Of a stretch of 64,000 nt of DNA, positions 1 through 13,190 are shown piece by piece. A program made the position numbers and the translations under genes. Below the pieces are notes generated by a model. It worked only from the letters and a program-made list of their open reading frames with translations, made no database searches and was not told the DNA's origin. The number at the start of each line of letters is the position of its first letter. Positions within the stretch are counted from its first letter, which is position 1. The stretch comes from Eledone cirrhosa (lineage: Eukaryota), in assembly GCA_964016885.1 (NCBI GenBank), contig OZ024750.1:372001-436000 (forward strand). The letters run 5' to 3'.

Positions 1-7
1 TATATAG

Positions 8-41
<34 letters not shown>

Positions 42-63
42 CTATATATATATATATATATAG

Positions 64-97
<34 letters not shown>

Positions 98-181
98 CTA
101 TATATATATATATAGTTCTATATATATATATATATAGTTCTATATATATATATATATATAGTTCTATATATATATATATAG

Positions 182-217
<36 letters not shown>

Positions 218-258
218 CTATATATATATATATAGTTCTATATATATATATATATATA

Positions 259-339
<81 letters not shown>

Positions 340-419
340 TTCTATATATATATATATATATATATGGTTCTATATATATATATATATATATGGTTCTATA
401 TATATATATATATATATGG

Positions 420-463
<44 letters not shown>

Positions 464-624
464 TTCTATATATATATATATATATATATGGTTCTATATA
501 TATATATATATATATGGTTCTATATATATATATATATATATATATGGTTCTATATATATATATATATATATATATATGGTTCTATATATATATATATATA
601 TATATATATGGTTCTATATATATA
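1..624. repeat. Compound (TA)n satellite interrupted by AGTTC, then TGGTTC motifs
   Basis: Directly visible. The YIYI ORFs here are translation artefacts. Confidence 0.97.
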
Positions 625-2950
625 CTCTTTTACTCTTTTACCTGTTTCAGCCATCCGGCTGAGGCCATGCTGGGGCACCGCCCTTGCTGCTACACACTTT
701 ATCTCCAGCCTGTATAGGTTGGCCACTGGTGTAGGAGGGAGTTTGTTGCTGCTGCCCTTAGGTTTCCCTCGTGTCTTGCTGTGGGCTCATCCGGGATCCT
801 GGATAACAAGGTGTCGAGATGTTTCTTAAAGACATCCACCTCCACGTCATGCAAGTCTCGCAGATGCCTCGGCAGCCTGTTGAAGAGTTGAGGGCCCTTG
901 AATCCCAGGCTATTGCAATACCTGCTCCTTATTCTAGATGTGGAAGACGGGACCTTTGGCACCACACAGTGACGTCCTGTTCGACGGTTGGTCCAGCTCC
1001 CAATGCCAAAGTTTGGTGCTAGTCCCTCCAGGATTTTCCACATGTAGATCACTGCGTATCTCTCCCGTCTTCGCTCCAAGGAGTAGAGGTTCAGTTCCTT
1101 CAGCCTCTCCCAGTAGCTTGTCTCCCTCATCTTGGCAATCCTCTTGGTGTAGCTTCGCTGGATTGCCTCAAGCTCTGTGTTTAGTTTGACACTATGGGGT
1201 GACCACAGCTGGGAGCAGTAGTCCAGGCGGCTTAGGACAAAAGTCCTCCACAGTGTCAACATGGTGTCTCGATCTCTTGTAAGGAAAGTCCTCAAGATCC
1301 AGCCAGCGAATCGTCTACATGCTGTCGCCACCTTCATGATGTGTGAAGAAAAAGATGCATCATCGCTCATGTCTATGCCCAGGTCTCGTATCGATTTTGA
1401 CACGGGGATATCGGTCCCTCCTGGTCCTGTGTAGCTGTGTTCCGCTATATTTGTGTTTGTGTTTGCAGGTTTGTATTGTAGGGCTTGGAATTTGCCAGCA
1501 TTAAACTGCATGTTGTTTTCTTCCGCCCATCTGTATATGGCATCCAGATCCTGCTGTAAGAGGGCAGTGTCAGCCGGGTTTTTGATTGCCTGTGCTACCT
1601 TAGTGTCATCAGCATAGCTAGTGAGGGATGTTGTTGCATGCACCACAGAGGGCATGTCCGAGAGAGCCACCAAAAACAGTAGTGGTCCCAGGACTGTCCC
1701 CTGAGGCACCCCACTTGTTATCGGTGTTTCCCTCGAGAGAGCCCCATTTGCTGCGACTGCCTGGCTTCTGTCCCTCAGGAAGCCATCCAGCCACTCACCT
1801 ACTTTTCCAGTTATGCCGAGTCCGTGTAGTTTGTGACATATCATTCCGTGGTCGACCTTGTCAAAGGCCTTCGCAAAGTCAAGATATATCACGTCTACAT
1901 GTGAGCTGTCTAGTAGCTGTCTCAGTACCCAGTCGTAGTGATGTAGCAGCTGTGTAAGGCAGCTTCTTCCTGGGCGGAAGCCATGTTGCGTGCTAGTCAG
2001 GCGGTCATTTTCTTCGAGGAAAGTGATTAGTTTCTTTCTGACGACTCGCTCCATGACCTTACTGATATGCGACGTCAGGGAGACTGGCCTATAGTTCTTG
2101 GCCTCCGCTCTACTACCTCCTTTATGGATAGGGCATATTGTGCCTTCTTTCAGCTCCCTGGGTAGTACACCGCTAGCCAAGGAGCTTCTGAAGAGCATCT
2201 TCAGTGGAGTTGCTAAGGCCCGCTTACATATTTTTAGGAGAACTGCTGGGAATCCATCAGGTCCAGCAGCCGAGTCTGTTCTAATTTCATCAATGGCGTA
2301 CACCACATCCTCCTCCGTTATGTCTATGTGGTTGATGGTTGCCATTTCTTGATGTAGTGTTGTGGCATCAAAGAACTCCTCTGGCTTCGTTATTTGCATG
2401 TGCCTCAGTGGACATGTGAAGACACTTTTGTACTGTTCATTCAGTATTTCACATATCTCTTGGGGATTTTCGGTTAATGAACCGTCCGTGTGGAAGAGTG
2501 GTCCAATCTTGCAGTGTACTGAGGCAGTTTCTTTTGCAAATTTAAAGAAGGCCTTAGGGTTTGTTTTAATGTTTTCTATGGCCCTGTTCTCTTTCCTTGC
2601 CCTCTCATTCTCATGTGAAAGCTTGAGTGCAATCTCGGTGTCAAGTAGTGCACGTTTCAAATAGGATTCCTTCTTGTTTTGGTTTTGTTGACTATTCAAC
2701 TGGTTTGAGAGTTTAGTTCTACGTCTCATAAGGATTTTCCTATCTCTGGGAATAAGATTTTTGTGTCTGTTTGCCTCTTTCTCCGGGACACACTTTTTGC
2801 ATATGGTGTGTATCGTTGTCATGAAGTGTTGAAATTGTGTGTTAGTGTCTTGTGTGGCGATGTTTGCACTCCATGTTTGCTTCCGGATTTCACTCTTAAT
2901 CTTCTTCCAGTCAGCCCCGTAGAAGTTAAGGCTGGATAGCGTCCCGGAGC
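625..2950 (-). mobile_element. 5'-truncated CR1-group non-LTR retrotransposon (LINE)
   Basis: Intact RT frame, short 3' UTR with stem-loop TCAGCC-GGAT-GGCTGA and a (GTAAAAGA)2 tail. Both ends abut (TA)n. GC-rich relative to its flanks. Confidence 0.93.
699..2822 (-). CDS. LINE ORF2 reverse transcriptase (endonuclease domain lost by 5' truncation)
   Basis: Motifs [61 protein letters not shown]. The frame stays open upstream of the Met to ~2950 ([12 protein letters not shown], the post-endonuclease linker). Confidence 0.9.
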   Translation of the reverse strand: MTTIHTICKKCVPEKEANRHKNLIPRDRKILMRRRTKLSNQLNSQQNQNKKESYLKRALLDTEIALKLSHENERARKENRAIENIKTNPKAFFKFAKETASVHCKIGPLFHTDGSLTENPQEICEILNEQYKSVFTCPLRHMQITKPEEFFDATTLHQEMATINHIDITEEDVVYAIDEIRTDSAAGPDGFPAVLLKICKRALATPLKMLFRSSLASGVLPRELKEGTICPIHKGGSRAEAKNYRPVSLTSHISKVMERVVRKKLITFLEENDRLTSTQHGFRPGRSCLTQLLHHYDWVLRQLLDSSHVDVIYLDFAKAFDKVDHGMICHKLHGLGITGKVGEWLDGFLRDRSQAVAANGALSRETPITSGVPQGTVLGPLLFLVALSDMPSVVHATTSLTSYADDTKVAQAIKNPADTALLQQDLDAIYRWAEENNMQFNAGKFQALQYKPANTNTNIAEHSYTGPGGTDIPVSKSIRDLGIDMSDDASFSSHIMKVATACRRFAGWILRTFLTRDRDTMLTLWRTFVLSRLDYCSQLWSPHSVKLNTELEAIQRSYTKRIAKMRETSYWERLKELNLYSLERRRERYAVIYMWKILEGLAPNFGIGSWTNRRTGRHCVVPKVPSSTSRIRSRYCNSLGFKGPQLFNRLPRHLRDLHDVEVDVFKKHLDTLLSRIPDEPTARHEGNLRAAATNSLLHQWPTYTGWR

Positions 2951-4050
<1,100 letters not shown>

Positions 4051-4726
4051 CATGTGTGCGTGTGTTTGGGAGGAATTACTAGAAAGACTGAAAAAGTGAG
4101 ACGTTGCTAGAGAGGAGGATGCGAGCTGGGATCGCCGAAAGTTAGGACTTTAAACATAATGAAATTTCATTTAACTATATAAATAACACAAATAAATTTT
4201 TAAAAATTTTTTCAATCTAACAAAATATTGAAGCCAATTAAATTCAGATGAAATTACATGTTTGTTGCCATTGAAATCCAGTCATCATCACTATCAACAA
4301 CATCAATAAATTATGAAGTATCTGCTTACCGCCATTACAAATTCAAAAGGGTATTTATAAACCCTGACAGGGGACTGGTACTTGTGAACCATTCTGCTGC
4401 TTATCCCTTTTGAGGGTTTGAAGTAAATGACACAGAGAGGAAAAAAAAAGAAAAGAGAAGGAAGAGATTTACGGAATGCTTATTCAATTATCGTCTGGCA
4501 GTTCCGTCATGATTTGTTTTGTTCCACTGAACAATGTCAACGTTGGATTTAGTGGGAGGAAAATCTGAAACTATGGAAGACCAAACACGTCAACAACGAA
4601 ATTACCAATAATCCAGATATGCACTTTCCAGTGTCTGGGCTGTCATGTATAGTGACAAAAATAAAGTTACGTTTACAATTTACACACGTACACACATTGA
4701 AGCAAACACAAATTACAGATATATAT

Positions 4727-4792
<66 letters not shown>

Positions 4793-5082
4793 TTCTAGCA
4801 CAGATTGAAGGTTTAAGCAAATTGTTTAAACTTTTAATCTTTGCTAATAATATCATCATCATCATCATCATCATTATTTAACATCCGTCTTCCACGGTAG
4901 TATGGGTTAGACGGGTTTATCCCATTTAGAGGCAAGTTGGGTCGGTTAATCGTGTCTCGCTCATATAGGACTGATTCTGTCTGGTTTTCTACGGCTGGAT
5001 GCCCTTCCTAACGCCAACCACATTTACAGTGTGTGCTGGGTGCTTTTTGCCGTGTCTCCTACATGACCATATATATATATAG

Positions 5083-5612
5083 GCAGACCCAGAAAAACCT
5101 GGGACGACTTGATAAATTCCGACCTCACACACTTACACCCCCCTAAGACAATGTCACTGGGCCGAGATCTTTGGTGCTACACAGTAATTGAGAAGACCCG
5201 CCTTACCTAAATACAAAGTGAAACCTACTACAGTCAGTAGGCACCTCTAACAAAATACACCCCCGTCCCACTACCCCCACCCCATCCACACCACCCCTTT
5301 CAATGTAAAGTTATGTTGGTACCACAACATCCAGGCCGAAACAAATGAGGTCGTGTAGGTGTCACGACAAAAAAACACACAGTCCACGCTGTAATGTGGC
5401 CGTGTAGGTAACACGTTAAAAATCTCCCAGTTCCACACTGTAAATGTGGTTGGTGTTAGGAAAGGCATCCAGCCGTAGAAAACCCGCCAGACAGTCCTAT
5501 GCGAGCAAGACAACCACTCTTGCCTCAAGTGGGAAAACTCCCGTCCAAACCCCTGCAAGCGTGGAATATGGACGTTAAACGATGATGATGATGATGATGT
5601 TGATGATGATGA
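5083..5612 (+). mobile_element. RTE-clade LINE 3' fragment with 3' UTR and (GAT)n tail
   Basis: RPRKTWDDLINSDL C-terminal motif. Near-identical to the reverse complement of ~40040-40525. Confidence 0.8.
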
Positions 5613-5629
5613 TATATATATATAATCAT

Positions 5630-6246
5630 CAATAGCGGGCTTGGTCTAAAATTTTCGGGTGCCAGGAGATGAAGGGGGCCCACCTACATATAGAATGCTA
5701 TCATTTAATTTTGATTTTGAAAGTAGGTTTATAATTATTAATTTTCATTATACTGTTGTAGCTGTCTCGGTGGCTGAGTGGGAGGAATTATAGATGGTTG
5801 TAATCCTGGTCTGAAGTTTTATCCTGGTCGGGAGTAGTGTTCCAGGTAAACCTTTTTAGTCTTTTTTCTATGGGATGTAAAATAAAAAATGAAAAACATT
5901 AGATGTACCTCTTGACTAGGATTGAACCCAAGACCAGGATATCCACCGTCTCTAGTGCCTACCGCTAGGCTACTGAGAGAGCTGCTAAATTCTATTGAAA
6001 ATTGATACTTATAAACCTACTTTCAAAATTTTCAAAACAAAATGATGTGATGTCGTTGACCAAATGCTTTGCTTAATTGTTTTATTTATTTTTAAAAAAA
6101 TTTATTCTTTCTCTTAGACTTCAGATATTTTTTGAAAGCTAAGTATTGGCCCCTAAAATACTACAGTGGGCCCTCCAATGCTACCGTGGGCCCCCAGAGG
6201 CCCACTTGCCATTGGGCAACCTGGCAACCTGGCCAGTCCGCCACTG
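5630..6246. mobile_element. hAT-like non-autonomous DNA transposon (decayed), containing an internal fold-back element
   Basis: Right end GGCCAGTCCGCCACTG. Left end is the decayed inverse CAATAGCGGGCTTGGTC. Partial 8-bp TSD (ATAATCAT/TATATCAT). Confidence 0.55.
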
Positions 6247-6789
6247 TATATCATCATCATCATTTAACTTCCATTTTTCTATGTTTGCATGGGTTAAATG
6301 GGTTGTCACGTTATGAAACAAATCAGATCCAGACTCCAGCATGCTCCAACGGATCTGTATTTTGGCTTGGTTTCTATGGTTGGCTGCCCTTCCTTAACGG
6401 CAACCACGTTACATTGAATGGGGACTGAGTGCTTTTTATCATGGCACCAAAATAACCATCTAACATTGTAGACTGGGTGCTTTTTGTTGTGTCACCAGCA
6501 CAACAATCTTACAGGATGGACTGGATACTTTTGTTGTTGTGGCATTGGATCAACATACAGGATGGCAATGGCATTGCGGGAGATCAGATGTAGAGCATGT
6601 CCAACCTTCATGCTAGTACCCATGGGTTGAGCAGATAAGCAAGTTCAACGTTAACGAAGTGCATGGAATATTTAGCAGGTGAGGGCAGGATATTAAGACT
6701 GGGGAGTGAGGAGGGATCAAGATTGGTGTAGCCTATTGTGTCCTCTAGCATGTTTGTTTTGTTTGATTTTGTGCACATGGGAAGGTGGG

Positions 6790-7120
6790 TTTTCTGCAGT
6801 AAAGCGTGATGCCAAAGATCTTAATCCTGTGTTATCTCTTTTGTGAGGTTTAATTTGGCAAGGTAAGCTTTCACCACATTATCTAAAGCTTTCCTGGGTC
6901 TTCCCCTTCCATAGTTACTGCCATCTTTGATTGCTCTGTACCTTTTTATACAGCTGCCATCCTCCACACACATCATATGTCCAAACCACCACAATCTCCT
7001 CTCCTGTTCACTGTACACTACATCTAACTCCCCTTATGCCTAGTTTGTCTTTCATTTCATTGAGGCTTTGTCATTCCTGCACATTACTATTACACATCTA
7101 TCAGAGCGTACAGTAAATAC
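6790..7120 (-). mobile_element. Decayed RTE LINE 3' fragment
   Basis: ERRLWWFGHMM...GRGRPRKA motifs. Confidence 0.75.
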
Positions 7121-7210
7121 AACACCACATCTACCATCATACACACTACAGTATATTCACCACTACAGTATATAGATACATCCACATCTGCTGCCATTAC
7201 TTACTAACAG

Positions 7211-7353
7211 CTTTCCAGCATAGTTACGTCCCTTTACGATCTGAGTTCAAATCCCGCCGAAGTTGACTTTGCCTTTTATCCTTACGGGGTTGATAAAATA
7301 AAGTACCAGTAATGTACTGGGTAATTGCTGGCCTTGTGCCTAAAGTAGAAACA
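7211..7353 (+). mobile_element. 5'-truncated tRNA-derived SINE (family A)
   Basis: B box GAGTTCAAATCC. 15-bp TSD ATTACTTACTAACAG at 7196-7210 and 7354-7368. Confidence 0.85.
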
Positions 7354-7714
7354 ATTACTTACTAACAGTTTTATGTTTTCTCTCAGATACAAATATTTAT
7401 AATTTTTCTGTTTTTCTATGGTTTATTTCATTTTCTTATTTCCATGTTTAATTTCTGGGTGTTGAATTTCAATTTAGTTGTCTGGTTTTTCTGTAATGTT
7501 TTTGAAAATGTCTCTAGCTTTTATGAGGTTGACTATTTCTTTTGTGTAATTTAGGGTTGTGTTTCTTATGTTTCCTTGTGTAGTATGGCTTTTGGATCCA
7601 AATCTAGTTGTGTTGTGTATATTACAGTGTCTTGTAGTTGGTGGTTGTCATGTTGTATGATATTGTGGTGCAAATATTTCTTTTTGCTGGCAACATGACC
7701 ATCCTCAAATATAA

Positions 7715-7956
7715 CTACACACGCACACATACATATATATATACATATACATACACACACACATATATATATACATACACACACACACATATATATATAC
7801 ATACACACACACACACATATATATATATACATATACATACACACACACATATATATATACATACACACACACACATATATATATACATACACACACACAC
7901 ATATATATATACATACACACACAAATATATATATATATATACACACACACATATAT

Positions 7957-8001
<45 letters not shown>

Positions 8002-8010
8002 CATACACAC

Positions 8011-8057
<47 letters not shown>

Positions 8058-8076
8058 CACACACACACATATATAG
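7715..8076. repeat. (CA)n/(TA)n compound microsatellite
   Basis: Directly visible. Confidence 0.95.
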
Positions 8077-8327
8077 GTAATTGAAGCCATAGGAATTATA
8101 TTCATTATGGCCCTGGCTGCTCTCAATACACACTTAATGAGATAAGATTTGAATGTGGGAACATGTAAAATTGTACCCAGAGTGTACATATGTGTGTATG
8201 TGTGTGTGTGTGTGTGTGTGTAAATTACGTATATCTAAAGCCCACCTACACAGACGAGGGGAAGCACAGTCCTGATGAGCGCCAAACCTTGAAATGTACA
8301 GTTGTCCCTCGTTACTACTGCTGGAAT

Positions 8328-8342
8328 CCACTAGATGGCGCT
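8328..8342 (+). promoter_or_regulatory. CTCF-consensus motif
   Basis: CCACTAGATGGCGCT matches the core CTCF consensus CCACYAGRKGGCRC. Binding is untested. Confidence 0.5.
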
Positions 8343-8920
8343 GGCTGTCAGCCTTTCAATATTCATAGCTGGGCTTTCAAAATATTTATTTATTAAACAT
8401 ACTATAAATCATCATCATCATCATCATCATCATCGTTTAACGTCCATCTTCCACGCTTGCATGGGTTTATACAAAGTTCACTTACATGTATGTATACAAC
8501 TATGCTGAAGCTAAATTTTAATTCTATTTTTTTTACTTGAGCCAACTAATATAGCTTCATATGCAAATGAGGCTAATCAGCCCACCTATCCAGGCGAACT
8601 ATATATATGCACCTATCTGTCTATTTATCTATATATCTATTTACAATAATACACACACAGGTATTTTAACAAAGGTGGGTGAAATTAGTAACACACCTGT
8701 TGACAAGTTAAAGTTATATTTATTCACAGAAAAAGTACAGCCAGTCTTATGTAAACAAAATCGTATTTCCTGGATCATTGAATGTGACATCTATTCGAAT
8801 AATAATAATAATAATAATAATATTTATCTAAACGGCACCCTCTTTCGTTATAGCTACCAGCTGTTACTGCTTTATTTTATAATGAACAGAGATCAATTGT
8901 AGATTCATATACAAATAATT

Positions 8921-9288
8921 TGTAGCGGTTGTCTCCCTTGTTTTGATTGGGATCTAGACGGGAAGTGGAACCCTTTCTGCAACTTCCGGTCAGAGCCCTA
9001 TAAAACTAACAACGTTAAGCTTCCTTCCTCTCTCTTTGCCTTTTCGGCACCAGGTCAAGAGTCTTCTCATTTGGCTCTGCCATTAATTTGGCCAACAGGC
9101 GCCTGGCCTTAGCCAGGCGCCCTCTGCCAGCCGCGTTTGCCTGGCAATCAAAACGGTAACTACTAACTTTGTTTCATTCTAACATCTATCTTTGACATGT
9201 CAAGTATTCTATCTACCGTTAATTAAATATTATATACACAAACATTGTCTCGTTTTGTTACATTCATACAACCAGTAATCACGCTATA
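8921..9288 (+). mobile_element. Solo LTR (368 bp) inserted in a SINE tail
   Basis: Termini TGTAGCG...CGCTATA and 4-bp TSD AATT (8917-8920/9289-9292). TATA-like CTATAAAA at ~8998 and AATTAAA at ~9221. Confidence 0.8.
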
Positions 9289-9476
9289 AATTGTTTCTAC
9301 TTTAGGCACAAGGCCAGCAATTATCCAGTGCATTACTGGTACTTTATTTTATCGACCCCGTAAGGATGAAAGGCAGAGTCAACCTCGGCGGGATTTGAAC
9401 TCAGATCGTAAAGGGACGTAACTATGCTGGAAAGCATGGCGTCCGACCCTCTACCGATACTGCCAATCCACCGCCC
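9289..9476 (-). mobile_element. Full-length tRNA-derived SINE (family A)
   Basis: Head GGCGGTGGATTGGCAGTATCGG (A box) and GAGTTCAAATCC (B box). TSD TTCATATACAAAT at 8904-8916 and 9477-9489. Confidence 0.88.
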
Positions 9477-9499
9477 TTCATATACAAATTCATATACAA

Positions 9500-9635
9500 A
9501 TAATTGTTTCTACTTTAGGCACAAGGCCAGCAATTACTCAGTGCATTACTGGTACTTTATTTTTTATCGACCCCGTAAGGATGAAAGGCAAAGTCAACCT
9601 CGGCGGGATTTGAACTCAGATCATAAAGGGACGTA
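9500..9635 (-). mobile_element. 5'-truncated family A SINE, in tandem with the previous copy
   Basis: High identity to 9289-9420. Confidence 0.8.
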
Positions 9636-11014
9636 GGTCTCATAATAGTGTTATTGTAATTTAACAGTAATATAATTTTAAATATAAATATATGTATTAC
9701 TATAAATATAAATATGTATTGTGTATTACTACAAATGTAATATGTATTACTAGAAATGTAATATGCATTACATTACTACTAATGTAAATATGTAGTAATA
9801 CATATTGTGTAAATCACCAAATAGTGTTGGTGATTTACACACCCTGATAGCACCCTGTACACTCTGTAAAATGGTGGGTGATAGGAAGGGCATCCAACCA
9901 CAGAAAGTTTCATTTAATTTATGATTCATAACCATGTTTCAAATTTATAATCACTTGAATAAAAAATAAACGACAGCTCAGTTCTCTCTGTAAGGTGATC
10001 ATGCTAGTGACATTAAAAGGCACCCAGTCCACCCTGTAAAGTGATCATTAGTAACACAACCAGAAAGCACCCAGTTCACCCTGTAATGTGGTCATGACTG
10101 AAACTAGTAGGTTACTTGCTCCAGCATGGCCACAGTCTAATGACTGAAACCAATAAATTACTGTGCCCCAGTATGGCCACAGTCTAATGAGTGAAACCAG
10201 TAAAGGAAGGCAGTGTTGGGGTAGGGGTTTGCGTTTCGGTTGGTTTTAGGGTTAAGGGTAAAGAAAACTTTGGGAGGAAGGGAGACAGGTCTTCCCCCTC
10301 CCCTCGTTCGGAGGTAAGATTAGTTGATAGAACACACAAAAAAAAAAAAACAATAAGGAAAGAAAACACGGTGGGAGTGGGGTGAAAAGTTTGAGGAATC
10401 TTTCCTCATCCCTCTTTTTTTAGGGGCGGAGATCCTTAGGAATATATTAGGAGATAAGTTTAATAGATAGCCCACGGAAAAAAAAACGAAGAAAGAAATT
10501 TTTCCGACTGAAATCGGTGGCGCTGTCTTTCTATAATGTCTTTCTCTTATGTCAGAAGCTGAAGACTGAGTAAAAAAAATAACAATAATAAAGAAAAAGA
10601 AAATGATTTCATGAACGATGTTTTACGAATGAAAAGTCGAGTCAATTGTCAACAGAATCGATTATATCACTTTCTGTAATCCATAACTACAGAATGTAAC
10701 AGTTCACTGCTATATTGGAGTAGGTTCAACAAGTCCCACTTTTAAAAGCCGGTAACAGTTTTATAAACAACTTAGGATTTTCCAAAATAATAAAGAAGAT
10801 TATTAGTTTAACTCTTTTCATAATCCAATTTTTTATTTATTTATCCTTATTATATATGCATTATTTTAAACGATAGTTTTAGTGTACTCCTCCTGCGGAA
10901 GAATATAGAAATCTGTAGAAAAGGTCATGTCACAGTTGTGCTAACTGGCGTAGGCTGAGTGTCACATGATCATAAAACCCGGCGTGAGCACTAACTGCAT
11001 ATTTATTATTTATC

Positions 11015-11140
11015 TTGGAGTGGCTGCATCGGTAGAGCGCCGGACACTATGCCTAGTTATGTCCCTTTACGGTCTGAGTTCAAATCCCGCCGAGGTTAGC
11101 TTTGCCTTTCATCCTTACTAGGTCGATAAAATAAAGCAGT
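11015..11140 (+). mobile_element. Family A SINE fragment
   Basis: A/B boxes and the GCCTTTCATCCTTAC body. Confidence 0.7.
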
Positions 11141-12134
11141 AATAAGGCTGCAACTCATGCTCGCTTGATACATAAGCATAGACGTGACTTTTTAGTCTTG
11201 TTAGGGACTTGCCTATGGCCAGCAATACCATGCATCACAAAAATGTCACAATCTCTCACACTCTCTCCCTCTGTCCACGGCCACGTGTCACTACTCTTTA
11301 TCAGTTCATCTTCAAGGTTTAATTCTATTAAATATTAGCTGTAATACCACCACACACACCTTCACACATCTTTATATCTTCTACAATCTAACAGTCACCA
11401 ATCATTGAACCATCCAAACATTTTCTTTTCTTCTTTACATTTTTATCTTTGATTTAATATTTTTTCTCTTTTTTACTTTTTATTTTTCAATTTATATTTT
11501 TTATTTTTGTCTTTTCCATACTTCTTTTTCCCCTTTTTTTTTGGGGGGGGGGGGGGGTTCCATTTTTACTTAGTTTCTGTTATCTCATTTCTCATGCAAT
11601 GATCCAAAGCTTCTTATTCCAATCTACATTCATGGTTCAATGTGAACTCAGTTTATCCTTCAATAAGAACTGTAATCTTAATAGTAAATTTATTTTTAAT
11701 ATTCAATAGTAGGTGGTATCTGTTTGTCATCATATAAATCTGTCACAGTAGCACTTCTAAGTTTGTATAGGTGTCCATCTTGTCTATTTTAATAATATTG
11801 GTTCCTATTAGTTAGACATCTCTTACATTAGTAAAAAAAAAACTGCACCATTTATAGCAATGACAAGTTGATAATTCAGTAATGGCTTTTATAAATTTCT
11901 ATTTTACTCATCACTATAGTAGTCTATAATGTATGTTTTCTCACCTTCCATTCAATAATAGTAGTCTGTCTATATTTTTTGCTTTCCATACAATAATAGT
12001 AGCCTATATTGTTTTCTCACCTTCCATACATTCTCTCCCTCTCACACACACTCTTACCACCCTGTTTCTAAAATGACATGTTTTACACATGTACAACAGC
12101 CATAATAATATAGATTAGAGAATAAAAACCACAT

Positions 12135-12346
12135 AAACCCTTTAGCATTTACATTACTCTCTATATACTATTGTTTTCATGGTAAACACGTTATCTCACA
12201 TAATATTGAATCTATGAGATTTTGATATTATTCCTTTTTATAACAATACCTTAACATAAGTATGACCAGCTGGTTTTGGCTGGTTTGAATAGAAAGAGGT
12301 GAGAGAATTCTGGCCGGGTATGGCCAGTTTAAATGCTAAAGAGTTA
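12135..12346. mobile_element. piggyBac-like MITE (family P1), decayed
   Basis: TIR CCCTTTAGCATTTA...TAAATGCTAAAGAG. Same body as 55719-55904. Confidence 0.75.
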
Positions 12347-12849
12347 GAAAGGCAAAGTGTGAATTAATAATTATTATAACCAAATCTAGCAAGAAAGTAG
12401 TTACCCTTAATATCTTATTGATAATAATAATGGTTTCTGATATAGACACAAGGCCAACAATTTTGGGGGAAGGGAAAGTCGATTAAATGGACCCCCCAGT
12501 ACATTTCTGTTGCTTTATCGGCCCCCTCCCCCGCAAGGATAAAAGGTAAAACTAACCTCAGCGAGATTGCACTCAGTCCACCCTGTAAGGTGGTTGTATT
12601 GGTGCCATGACAAAACAGACCCAGTCTGCGCCATACACCCACAATATACAATGTTGTCCAAGGAAAAGACAAAGGCCAATACAGCTTGGCCTTATCACAA
12701 TTCATTTTTTCCAGCTGAGTTATCTGGACCAAGGTGAAATAAAGTGTCTGGGAATGGAACTTACATCCTCATGATTGTAAGCCCAATGATCGAACCACTA
12801 TGACACGTGCCTTCACTACCATTGTATGAAACTGAGTATAAACACCAAT

Positions 12850-13190
12850 TTACAAATTACAGGCCTGCTTCCAAGTTTTCCAAGATATTGGAAAAACTAA
12901 GGAAAGAATTGATAAATTTACTGAGAAGCACAATGTACCGACTGACAGTCGGTATGGAATCAGAACAAATGGATCGATCTCTTTGATCTAATGGAATTAA
13001 TTGAAGAAATTACTAATTGTATAGACAAAAGGAAAGTATGCAGTGAGAGAGCTAATAGATCTAAAAACAAAACATTTTGGTTATAGAAATTATCATCATC
13101 ATTTAACATCTATTTCCCACATTGGGAAATGTATGGTAATAATGAGTTGGAGCTTAATTGATTGACAAGCTATTTATGAAACAAGTTTAA
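12850..13190 (+). mobile_element. Highly decayed L2/Crack-like RT fragment
   Basis: Frameshifted remnants of NYRP..PSFPKILEKL, DSRYGIRTN and LMELIEEITNCIDK. Confidence 0.55.

Noticed and set aside
819-2664. Plus-strand ORFs overlapping the LINE
   Set aside because: They are antisense shadows of the RT frame.
10240-10260. Interstitial telomeric repeat
   Set aside because: There is only one TTAGGG plus one variant, too short to call.
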